Below the pieces are notes generated by a model that had not been told where the DNA came from, did not search any database, and worked only from the letters and a program-made list of their open reading frames with translations. Below are positions 38,682 through 50,900 of a stretch of 64,000 nt of DNA, in pieces. Origin of the DNA: Schmidtea polychroa (lineage: Eukaryota). Position 1 is the first letter of the stretch. Each line of letters opens with the position of its first letter. The DNA is taken from assembly GCA_044892525.1 (NCBI GenBank), contig CM097887.1:39246001-39310000 (forward strand), in the 5' to 3' direction. The translations under genes and the position numbers were made by a program.

Positions 38682-39221
38682 GCCCAGGTCACTCACTCAT
38701 TTACTCACAGATTCTGTAACGCTTTTATTTTAAAAAATTATAATTATATGATTGACAATTATAAGTAGTAAACTAATAAACTAATAAAAACTCTAAACAA
38801 ATTATATTAATTAAAAACAAATTAATATAAAAGCGTTTGTATATAATATAAAATATAGACAATTAAATTAAGTACATTTCATAAAAACTACTGAATGGTT
38901 TGAAAGAAATGTTTGGAAACGATTAGTTTAGTGTAAGTCTACAAAATCTGTTAGTGGAAGAATGGTAAAACATATTTGCGATAAATTCAAGATTGCATTT
39001 GTCTCAAATGATGGGAATACTAGCGATATGTGACATTAAAGGTGAAAAATCAGTAACAGGAAAAAGTGTTCATCAATAGTGGATGTAACAATAAGTAACA
39101 AGATAAGTAACAATATCATATTTGCAACAATGATTCGGTTTTCATTCAAGGTGGTGGTCCTTGTTATTGATCTATTCCAATCTTAATGTACTTCGATTGA
39201 CAAATAATGGGTTTGCTAGAA

Positions 39222-40120
39222 CATGGATGGACAAACTACGGCCCGCATAGGTCAAGTTAGTATTTTTTAAAAATAACTAATAACAACGCGCCACCATATA
39301 ATATTATGCATTAACATGTTACCCGAAAATGGCTAACCTGGCAAATGACTAGCACACCTACCGAAGTGATTAAGACGTGTCTGTGCACAATAAGCTACTC
39401 TGTTACTGCTATCCAAATATAGATTTTTAGTAAAGAAAAAGGAGAGGGTCATTTTAATTTAGACTAACTTTATTATCTAAAGAAAATTTCACAAAATGCT
39501 TTGTTCGAAGTGATCTAAAAAGCGAAAAATTGAAGTTGAATGCCGTGTTTTTAACAAAGAGTGTACTGGAAGGTTTTTATTTACCAACGTTGGGGTTAAT
39601 GTCAATTCAAATTCTTTTTTGGATTCCTCCAAAGAGTTAATGATTAAAATTATTTCCGATAAGGATGCTGGAACTTTAAATATTATTGATACTGGAATCG
39701 GAAGGGCAAAGGCAAATTTGATCAACAAATTGAGAACAATCGCTAAATCTGGAACTAAGGCATTCATGAGAGCATTTCATGCTGGAGATGATATTTCAAT
39801 GATGTGAAAATTTGGAATAAGTTTCTACCCATCTTATCTAGTGGCAGACAACATCCTTACTGATGATATTCTAATCGTCAGAAACAAATAGAGTTACATT
39901 GTTATTCAAATCAATTTGTTAAAGTTTCAAAGGAGTTTCTTTATTTTTTAAGCAAATATGTATAATTAAAATAGTAAATGGGAAAATTCGGTTTTTCCTT
40001 CAAAAACCTTCTATTTTATAGCTATCATAAATATTAATTAATTCACTTTATATTATGCGGTACTTCAAAATTATGAAAATATGTATGCGGCCCTTGTACT
40101 AAAAAGTTTGTCCACCACTG
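39222..40120. mobile_element. Paired hAT (Charlie-like) ends enclosing the HSP90 fragment
   Basis: Left CATGGATGGACAAACTACGGCCCGC; right GCGGCCC...AGTTTGTCCACCACTG (13/16 TIR match). The 8-bp flanks do not match. Confidence 0.45.
39616..39860 (+). pseudogene. HSP90: HSP90 N-terminal ATPase fragment, degraded
   Basis: [12 protein letters not shown]...[52 protein letters not shown] against canonical [53 protein letters not shown]; stop in the GxxGxG lid. Confidence 0.9.
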
Positions 40121-40499
40121 CAATAAAGAAATTTGTTGTGTTTTATTTTTCAAGTCGGTTCCCTCTGACTCCTCGTAATCTTATTTAAACATATAAATCG
40201 GAACTCAACACAAAATAACTTTATTCAATTTCAATAAAATTATAATTTGACACTATATTTGCATCTTTCGCTCAATATAAATATTACTCGTTAAGGTAAT
40301 ATTAACCCGATGGGCAATCACCTTTTCTGATACAAGAATTAAACCTTTTTTTTCAAATACTATATTTCATTCTCCGATCACTGATCGCCTGATTCTTTGA
40401 GCTTCTCTTTGTTTCTTAGACTAACTGGCGGACTATCTGTTACTGAGCTCTCTTTTTATATTGTTTCTGAGAGGGAATGCCTGTCTGTTTGTCAAAAGA

Positions 40500-40798
40500 A
40501 TTACTCTCAAACGGTAAGCAATAATGACATGACGTTTACACATGTCATTCTGATTTCTATTTTTAGGTTAACTGCGTGAATTTGACAGAGTAGTGTTTCT
40601 CGCATGGATATCTGTATGTTGGAATGTCAAGGGTATCATGAAATATTGTTCATCATTGACGATGATCAAAAAGAGACTAAAGATTTTACATAGCCAAGTA
40701 TTGAAATAAATTTTTGATAAAAGGATAAATAAAATTAATTATAATGCATAAAGAATGAATTTGAATATTTACCGGACCAAACCGTGTAATAAAGTTAG
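40500..40798 (+). mobile_element. Helitron RepHel (PIF1) 3' remnant with degenerate 3' end
   Basis: NLTE*CFSHGYLYVGMSRV (helicase motif VI, CFSHGQLYVAxSRV). Ends ACCGGACCAAACCGTGT-AATAAAG-TTAG|T. Related copy at 51560-51830. Confidence 0.6.
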
Positions 40799-42440
40799 TA
40801 TCTAAATATACCAATCAATTCTATTAGTTCTAGTGTTAATTATGAAATATTACTAAGGAAGAGTGGTATGGAAATAAAAATTATGTCAATTAGTTCAAAT
40901 AATGATATAATGCTATAAATATTATCGCTAAACTCACTTTTAAGATATCATCAGTGAAATGAAATTTATCTGATTCATGGAAATTGATAACCACTGTTTC
41001 AACCCAGGCGTTGTCGGCATTTAAGTGATCATCAAGAAAGCCTTTAAAAATCTTAAAATTTATATAAATATTTTAGATATTTAAAATAAAAGTTTTCATA
41101 AATACATTAAAAATATATAATTTTAAACATGAAATAAATATAATTAAAACTTGAATTTGCTTTAATAATTTCAAAATTTTATTAACTTTTTTAGGACAAG
41201 AAAAACTTATGAAGTAAAACAATGATTTTATGAATTCAATTTATTTTGACAGTTTTGTTTTTATGTACACGATCAAGATTGAATGTGAAAACGCTATGTA
41301 TACAATGACCATGAAAGGGTTAAGGAATTTTAATTTATAAAGTTGATTTATTCATTTGACATGTTCTATTTTATTAATAACTTATTTGAAAATTCGTTTT
41401 ACAATATATTTGGATTTTGTTCCTGTTATCCTAAGGTAGGATAGAAAAACTGTTGAAATATATTGTAAAATGAATGTTCGAGTGACATTTTCTTATAATT
41501 AAACCTTTGACATGTTTATTTAATTATTTATCTAAAAATATTTCTAAATTTAATTATTATAATTCTACGTCAACATCACCTGTCAAAACAAATTTAATCC
41601 CTAAAACTTTTGTATAAATAATACAAACAATTTCAAGATATTCAGTATAAAATACATGTAATATAATAAATTATTATTAAAACTTTTTATTAAAATTATA
41701 CATTAATTTAATAATATTAATTACATATGTAACTTTATCACTAAAACCGGTAACTATATAATTTAATTATATAATTAAATGATGCATAAATGAAATAAAT
41801 TTTTGTCACATATGTTAATTATTTTAGCATTATATTCATGACTGTTAATAAGTTTCAAAATAATAATTTATATATATAAATTAGTAACAAAAATTTTTAT
41901 TTCAAAAATACTCTATATCATATCTGAAAATGTTTTAAGTACACTTCAATAATGATAATTCCAAATTTAATTTCTAAAATTTATATTTTCAAAAATAATA
42001 TTTTGTAATTTTTCAGAGATTTTATTTTAAAATAAATATAAAGAAAAAATTTTCTAGGCTCGTGTCCAGCGGTGGTTTGGAGACGGTTTTCGTTAGTTCA
42101 AAATAATAAATATGCCTAAATCCAAGTACTAATTTCAAAAAAATCAAAATTTTTTTAATTGAAAAAAATGTCTGTTTCTACAAATTTTTATATAAATTGC
42201 ATAAATATTACTTTACAGTTTAGCCTTTCAGCAAAGATATATCGAAATTCAGCTCTAAGCAAAAAAGTGAAACTCAGAACAACAAGTCACAGGCTAGATG
42301 TCGCACTAGTAGGAATTTGGTTGATTACCAGACTTTCTCATCTTAATTATAGAAAATCTTTGTTTATAACTGACCGGAAGTCATTCTGCTTCTTCCGACG
42401 TGTGCTTTTTCTGTTATTTACTTCCCGTTATTAAAATACA

Positions 42441-42607
42441 AATTAAAATCACTAAGGAAAAGTTGACTGCTACGCTTCATTTCCTGAAATAAATGTTTTA
42501 TTATTATACAAATAAAAAGTGTCAATTTTATTTTTATTAGTATAATAATAAAACAATAATTTCATGAAATGAAGCGTAGCAAGCAACTTTTTCTTAGCGA
42601 TTTTAAT
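42441..42607. repeat. Imperfect palindrome / fold-back MITE
   Basis: AAAAGTTG.CTGCTACGCTTCATTTC.TGAAAT...TTATTATAC mirrored by GTATAATAA...ATTTCATGAAATGAAGCGTAGC..CAACTTTT. Confidence 0.75.
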
Positions 42608-44413
42608 TTTAAAATCAAGCAAGCCAAAACATCTACCAATGATACTAATACTAATGACTTCACGCCATCTTAAACTACAACAGGAAAGTGTGAAGAAACT
42701 ACAAACACTTAAAAATGCCTTGGCAGATGGACCCGAAACTCCACTGAGGGAGCTTCATGAGCCCAGACGCCAGATCCCCTATTCGTAATTTGACTGACTG
42801 TGGCCATGACTGATATGACATAAGAGGACATACTAACTGCGAACTCTTTGTTACAAATTTGGCTATACACCACTGCTCGTATACTTGCAATGTCTATCTT
42901 GATACATTAAATTTTCTCTTATAAGTTTTTATTAACTTATTAAATAATAATAAAAATTATTTAAAATATTTAATATTCATATCATTCAAGGGAGTTTTAC
43001 CCTTCGAGATATTTTTGGAACTGAATATCACATTCTATCAATTTTTCCTTACCCAAGGTCGGAAGACACTCGAAAGTCTGAAGATAGCTCTCTTAGAAAA
43101 AATATGCGAAATAATTTTAATATGGGAAACAAAATTTGACTGAAACAAATAATAGTCTGATGGGGCGAAAGTTGGCGAATGAACGAGTGGGCTAAGACTT
43201 TCCGTAATAAGTTTTCTATTCTCAAATGATATAATATGGAATTCTAAAATGCATTTTATCGAAAAACATTTATTTAATATTACAAAAAAATTAATTTCAA
43301 AATTATCATTAGGTATACTTTAAACAGGGCTAGATTTAGGTATTGCGGGACCACTAAGCACAAATAATTTGCCCTACCAAAACAATGAATAATATAGGTA
43401 AATATTATTGAATTTGTTTTACCTAGTGAAAGTTTATTATTGCTTACGGCGTGTTTTAAAAATATCTACCTACAAGTTGAATTTCGCAGTGTTATCCGTT
43501 TTTTTATTTTTTTGGGAAAATAGAAAAGATGGACATAATTTATCAGCTACACAAAGCATATGAAAATTTGAAATTCAGTCCTGAGTGGATTTCACGAGAA
43601 TATTGCAGAACCACCTCGATGAAAAGAATATTCCTTTTTTCTAAAATGGTCGCTTTTCATTCGTAAATCGCTGGTCAAAGTGCCTAGAAGCAGAAGGTGG
43701 CCCATAGAAAAATGAATCTGTATGTTTACCCATATAGTTCACTTGTTATAAATACAAAGTGTCATTGTAGTATTATTTATATGAGTTTAAGGACCTTTTT
43801 ATCCACAGAAGTATCTTAAAATCAGTCCAACTTTATTGGACGTAATTAATTTATTTTGTACAGCCCTGTGGTCTTTAGTCATTTTTTAATGTGGCCCTAC
43901 TTTTGTGAAAGGTTGAGCACCACTGACCTATTTCATTTCATGACAAAGTCCACATTTATTTTGATTATTTTAAAATAAAATTATTTTGCCGCTTAAATGA
44001 TCTCTTCATGACATGACTTAGTTCGAAAATAAGGCCTAATTAATATAATTATTTCAAAATTAAATTTAAAGTAAAAAAATGTGTCACCTGAGTACATGTA
44101 GCGGATGTAATTTTCTTCTTAAGGAATTCATATTTTTTCCCAGAATATGAAGCTTGAAGCCTCTGATCTAGAAATGCGGTTGCGGTTTTATTAGAACATT
44201 CATTCAATTCACATCCACTGTTATGATCGACGAGAAACTAAAAATTTTTATTAAAATAGAAATAAAATAAAACTTTCTGAATTTAAAAATAATAAAAATA
44301 CGGAATAAAATTCGAAAATAAATAAAAATATTATTAAAATATATTCACAAATTATCGAAAATAAATTCTTTTTATTGGATGATCATAAATCAATATAATT
44401 CAAAAGAGTAACC

Positions 44414-44543
44414 ACAAATTTGCGACATAGCTTTTATTACCCAACCAATGTTGTTAGCCAACCAATCATACTACTAGTAAATAAGTTATGATTGGTTGGC
44501 TAACAACATTGGTTTGGCAATAAAAGCTATACCGCAAAATTGT
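44414..44543. repeat. Hairpin-forming inverted repeat (52-bp arms, 48/52 matches, 16-nt loop)
   Basis: 44419-44470 pairs with 44487-44538; the inner 28 bp are perfect. Confidence 0.9.
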
Positions 44544-44959
44544 CCTTATATTATCCTTTTATTATCCAAAGTTATCCTTTTGCATTATATAAAAAAATTG
44601 ACTAAGGCTTGATGCTTTTTTTGATATTCTCAAATTTTCGGCACAGCTTTTTCAAGTGATCTTGGTATAAAAATTATATTTGGTCTAAAAAATAAAAAGA
44701 CAAAATAACAATGTCATTTTCACAGTAAATAAATCTGAAAGGTATAGTCGATAAATTTGAATGAACAAATAAGGCAAATTAAACAATAACTATTAGAAAT
44801 TTTTGTTTAATTAAATTAAAATTACAAATCAGTTTTTATATAAAATTTGGCAGTATTCTGCGTCGATGTTTTTTTATATGTGGTTATATCAAATCATCAA
44901 AAACAAAAATATTTAAAAATGAACAGGAACATGATCAAGTATATATATTGGTGGAATTA

Positions 44960-45920
44960 ATGAGGTTTCTAAAAAAATTTTAAAATCTTGTTTAGAGATC
45001 GACGCAAACCAAAATATATTATGGAATGTCTAGTCTCAAAATATTTTACTAGTACCATCAATGTCACAACTTATTCATATCAGCAAAGTATCTTCTTGCT
45101 CATGTTGTATTTTCTACAATTATTCACAAAGATGCAACATACAAGCTTAATTGGCAAGGGTTTCCTGTTCCTATTCAAACGGATCCAATGAAGTTTTCTG
45201 AACAGAAACAACTATAGTTATGTGCTAGGCACATATCAGACAAAATGCGACCAAAAAGCAGAAAAATACTGCCATAAAAATTTAATTCCACAAAAAGCAA
45301 TTCAGAAAATATTTTTATTAAGGAATCTAATCTTTTTACAGTAAAGTGGTCATCTCAAATACTTTAAAGATGAATGGTAAAAAAATCATAATTGGTATAA
45401 AGGCGCTGCAACATCTGCACCAAGTACCAATAATGAACTAGAAGTATCAAATCCTGTAATCAAAGATTACAAAAAGATGCCCAAACGCATACATTTGAAT
45501 CAATTCAAAATTTTAATAATGAAAATGACACAAAAATGGTTATTAGCTTACGGAAATAAATTGAAAACAATATCGAAATGTCCAACAATAACATTAGAGA
45601 CATGAATAGCTGCCTATAATTGCGTAAAAGAAAATAAAAAAAGGCAATGCAAAGAAAATGAACTGCTTACTTACTACGATGTACGAGGAGCGAAAAATAT
45701 TATATAATCTGAACTTTTGAAACCTGAAGGTTGGACAACTTGTGAAGATTTTGTAATACATGGTTTTTCGACTTGGACCGTAGAATTACCAAAGCATAAT
45801 GTCAAAGAGAACTGGATTTATGGTAATTGCAACTCCTGCATTCATGAAAAAATTTCTAATAAAATGAACTTGTTGATTATAACTGTAACTGAAATTCCAA
45901 GACATTTTAAGGATATTTTA
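44960..45920 (+). pseudogene. Mutator-like (MULE) transposase remnant
   Basis: IHKDATYKLNWQGFPV (MULE catalytic-D motif), later TNN-like NNNIRD and a degenerate SWIM region (NWIYGNCNSC). Confidence 0.65.
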
Positions 45921-46554
45921 TGAAATGCGTGTCACCGACCATAGCCGTTATATCATTTTATCAATAATTACAGTCAAATCCGCCATACAACAACTAGGAG
46001 TTGGAATAACTGTAATCTTTTTTATCAATTTTAAATGGAATTTTATTACAGAATTTATGATTCAAGAGACATTGAACCAACGATGAGTATAATTTGTAAA
46101 TAAATTTTAATTTTCAATTTGATCACTTTTATTATTAATGCATATGACATAATAAATTGTCTAGTTTGAAAAACCCGAGCTAGTTAGTGAGGAACTTAAA
46201 ATATCCGATTCCCAAGCTCCACTGGTGTTAACTAAAATATTTTTGGAATCTGTTATCAACGATATATTTGATCGAAGATTATAAGCTCCATCTTTTTCAA
46301 ATCCAAAATCTTCATTTTAAATTCCAAAATAAATTCGAAAATCACAAAAATTTCCAATTAATGCTTTTAAATGATAAAGAAAAAACTCAGAAATTTTGGA
46401 AACAATGTATTTTATTCACAAATAACAAAGATAATTCCCAATTTCTAACAAAGGACCATAATGCAAATGATGTAATCAAACAATCGGAAAAAGCTCCAAC
46501 AGCAGAAAATCGAATAATTAAATGCCACAAAAATCGCTGTCCAAATAAATTACC

Positions 46555-46670
46555 AGCGTGCACACAGACACGAATAGTCACAGTCAACAATAAACACACG
46601 CAAACATATATGAACACACCAACACAGTCACATGCAGATACATGCTTACAAGCACGAACACACAAACCAT
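46555..46670. repeat. Degenerate CA-rich low-complexity tract
   Basis: CACACAGACACG...CACACGCAAACA...CACACAAACC. Confidence 0.6.
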
Positions 46671-47700
46671 GTAGGTCGAACAAAACAGCAAACATTTGGT
46701 AGGCATAAAATTAAACATTTAACTGAGCAGAATTTTTATTTTACTGTGAAAAAATATTTTTTTGCTGTGAAAATAGTCGTTTTCTATTATGAATTTAATA
46801 AAATTTATTGAAGATATTTTACTTTGCATTTCATTTTTTAACCTAGTAGTTTGCTATTTTTTACTACCTCTTAAACTCCTAGCATAATTTTAATACATTT
46901 CGTAAATGAACAATCAAGCCAACCATTTATTTTCAATTTATCATTACAACTATTTACTTTACGCTTTTAAACCATTTATAATTGGTTTTGAAATTTTTCT
47001 ATGCAAAGTTTTATTTTCACTAATTTTTATACATTTTTAAAATTTTCATTTTTTGAAGGTTTTGATTTGTTTATATATATCAAAATTACTTTAAAAAGAC
47101 GGTGCCGAATATTTGTGAATATCAAAAAACCATCGATATACATATATATATATATAATTGAAATATTTTTAGAACCTTAATTTTACAATTTTAGGATTCC
47201 GACTAAAAACCGAATTGTTAACATCTTTAAACGCTATTCTGTTTTTCTTTCATAGGGTGTTGTATAAAGTTATATATAAATTAGATGTCTGAGATAATAG
47301 GCTTGAGTTAGAAAGATCACATCTATATATTGACCTACTGTTCAAAGTATGAAGGAGTATGTTTTAAGTAAAAACTTAAAAGGAGTAGAAACACGATTGA
47401 TCTCATTACTTTTAAAGCAATATTTTACTATATAGAATGAAAATGATGGGCCCAATCAACGGATATTACAGAACTTCAAATTTCCAATTTTTTTTAAATT
47501 AAAACTTATTTTTAAATCAAACTATATACTTATTTTATCAAAAATGTGAATTTTAGAATAATACTAAAATTTATAAATAATATTTACAAGGCATTTAATT
47601 ATTTTATCTTTTCGAAAAGGTTTCCCTATAAATATAAAATTTCTCAATATCTTTTTATTTAAGTTTTTATGTACCTTTATAGTAAAAGTTTAAATCTAAC

Positions 47701-47992
47701 CCAAGGTATTCCATATCTTTTGGCTCTTTCAAGCGCAATATATTGCATCATCCTTTTAGTTTTCCTATGGATTGGACTTCCGGAATTCGTTCTATTCCAT
47801 CTGGTAAACAACATGATAATTGAATGATTTGGACCCCAGTGAGGAAGTAGGCCTCGACCCTTGAGTCCTGTTCTGCCTGTCGGATTAAATGGAGCACAAG
47901 TAATGGGATCAAGTGCGTACTGTCCAAGCATGCTTTGACGTTTCAATTTGTTAGTGTTATCATATTTATTGTAGGAATCCTTATAAATGATC
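47701..47992 (-). CDS. TRPM: TRPM exon, NUDT9-H domain
   Basis: PFNPTGRTGLKGRGLLPHWGPNH...FTRW...GIPW. Confidence 0.9.
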
Positions 47993-50900
47993 CTGTAAAT
48001 AAATGACATAATGAAATTTTCTTAAAACATAAAGAAAATTTAAAATTGATATTTCTACATTAACGACAAAAGATAAATTTACGATTTCACTTATTTTTAT
48101 TTAGATTTTGACTATAGATCAATGTTTTCTATTTAGCAAAAATTTTGTTTATTGGCTTTTTACAAGTACTTTTAACTCTTGGAAAAGGCAATCCTGAAAA
48201 TTTGATTTAAATAAAAAGCATTGATCTATAGCTTACCGGTTGCAAAGGTTTTTGCTGCCCCGATAAGGAGCTCATTTATAAATAAATTATGACTTATTTA
48301 GTTATAAGAAAATAATAATTAAAACAATTTATTAGTTTTTATACAAACAGTACCCTTAAAAACTTTAAAAGGAATTTTTGTAAGCCAAAGAATAATTGGA
48401 ACTTGACGCAAACATTATTAAAATGCAAATATAATTTTATTTTATTAAAAAATTGTATTTTAAATATTTAATTTCAATGATAGTTTAAAAATTAAGCTAT
48501 TTAAAAAAAATATAAAAACAAAATTGTTTATTTTAAAATATATTTAAATTTTTTAAATAGAATATTAAAAATACTTACGGATTGTCTGCATCATAACACT
48601 GATTATTTGGGTAAAGTAAAATTTCTTCACTCGCATCAAAAGCGTTATAATCTTGATATGGAATCTTAATAAATTTTAAATAATTAGTAAAACCATTTAA
48701 TTTTAATTGTTTTATTTTATGAAATTCGTCTTCTGTTATTCTCTTTGATAGTGAAATAAATGAAATAATTTAAAGTATGAATGCATGATATAAGATAATT
48801 CATTATCTAAACACATGGCCATTTTGAAGTTTTCTTTATATTTTGCATTTTGTGATTCATAAGATAAAAAACAGCGCTTATGAATTTAGCAAGCATATAC
48901 ATATTTGTGCATGAAATAAATTCATTAAATAGAAATTGAGAAAGTGATAGAAAAACTAAATTGAACACACAAACACAACACAGTAAAATCATAGGCAAAC
49001 TTTCGATAATAATAAACTGCATTCTAAATTTTTATTTTTTGAAGAAACAATGACATAAAAATTTATAATTTAATGCCATAAACCCTAATAAATTCAATGT
49101 TACTACTCTAGAGTTTTCTAGAATTTCACTTTAAAGGTTATTATGAATAATATGCTCAATTATTTTGGCAATATTTCACAAATTGCATGCATAAAATGAA
49201 AATATATGGTGAATAATATAAAATAAATGAATTTAATTTAAAAATTAATAAAACTTACTTTAAATCGTAAAAATTACAAAAATAACCATAATTTAAAAAA
49301 ATAATTGCTGACAGATTATGACTCATCTAATGATTTACACGCAAACCTGTATTATATATTCTATGGCTCGTGTGCCCAACGCGTCGATCGCGATCAACTG
49401 GTCGATCGGCAAGAAATTTTAAGTCGATCCAGTGACAATTTATATTTAAAGTTAAAATAAACTTTAAAATAAAAAAATTGCCTCCAATAACTAAAATTTT
49501 TGAAAAGCAAACATTTTTGATATTTTTAAATTACTGATTTATAAGTCTATTTTCTCTTGTGCAAAGTAATTGTTTGTAAATAATATTTTTTTAGAATTAA
49601 CTGTTATTTTATGCAAGCAAATTAAATATTTTGAATTTTGCCCATTATGAATTCTAATAAAAAAATCAAAGACATACCATTTCAATACTGGTTGGGAAGA
49701 AGAATGTTTATTCATTATGTATAAAGATAAGTGTACTTGTTTAATATGTAACTCGACAGTTGCTTTACCAAAAAGAGATAATCTAAGTAGGCATTCTACT
49801 ACTGTACATTTAAACTTTGACCGAGAATTTCCTCCGAATTCTATTAAAAAAATCGGAAGTACAAAAATTGAAAAGATCTCTAAATGTACAACAATCTTTG
49901 CTTAAAAAAGTTGTAGTAAGTCAACAATGGCAACGGTCGCATCCCTTCGTGTTTGTCGAAATTTTAAACAGCATAAAAAGCCTTTTACAGATGGTAATAT
50001 ATTCAAAGAAGCCTTTTTGGCAGTAGCAGATAGCTTATTTCAAGATTTTAATAATAAAATGGAAATTGTTGATGCTATCAAAGATATGCAACTTTCCAGA
50101 CAAACCGTAACAAGACTTGTTGAAACCAAGGCAATTGACTTGCGATCATAACTTAAACGAGATTTTGAAAATTGTTCAATTTGATGAATCAACTGACAAT
50201 TGTGATATGTCCCAGCTTAGCATATTTGTACGTTTAGTTTTTGCTGATTCAACAACGAAGGAAGAATTTCTTAAAATTCTATATTTGAAAGAAAAAACAG
50301 AGGAGAAGATGTTTACAATATTTTAAAATCTTTCGTATTATCTGAAAATCTTCCTCTTAAGAAGCTCGTTTCTATTACTACTGATGTTGCTCCTTCTATG
50401 ACAGGTTGTGAAAATGGATTCTTAGCTTTTTGTAAAAGAAATATTAATTTCCCTAAATTTATTACATATCACTGTATAATTCATCAACAATCATTATTTG
50501 GTTAAATGTTGAACCTTGATGATGTTATGATTGTAACGATTAAAATAATAAATTCAATTCGGGCAAAAGCACTACAAAGAAGACTGTTTCAATCACCTTT
50601 AGATAGCATAGGTGCAGAATACGGTGATCTACTTCTTCATAATTCAGTAAGATGGTTGTTCAAAGGTAAAGTTTTAGAAAGATATAAAGGAATTTCTGGA
50701 CGAAAAAAACGATCCTTATGCTGTTTTACTTCACGACAAGATTTGGCTACAAAAATTGGCATTTCTAACGGATCTTACAAAAAAAATGAATGAACTAAAT
50801 CTAGATTTGCAAGGAAAAAACAAAACAATAACAGACATGATTACCTGCATAGATATATTTAAAATTAAACTGGAATTATGGATATCTCAAATTAATAAAA

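Noticed and set aside
38538-38768. 76-aa ORF with YIYIYI run
   Set aside because: Translation of the (TA)34 microsatellite.
43325-43868. hAT element bounded by CAGGGCT / AGCCCTG
   Set aside because: 7-bp TIR only, flanks do not form a TSD, and internal similarity is too weak to call.
46161-46309. Open minus-strand frame (...NTSGAWESD...*) as the final TRPM exon
   Set aside because: Needs a phase-1 junction while the last mapped exon ends in phase 0; similarity to NTDNAWMET is marginal.
46268-46702. Overlapping 144-aa and 102-aa ORFs
   Set aside because: Driven by the CA-rich low-complexity tract.
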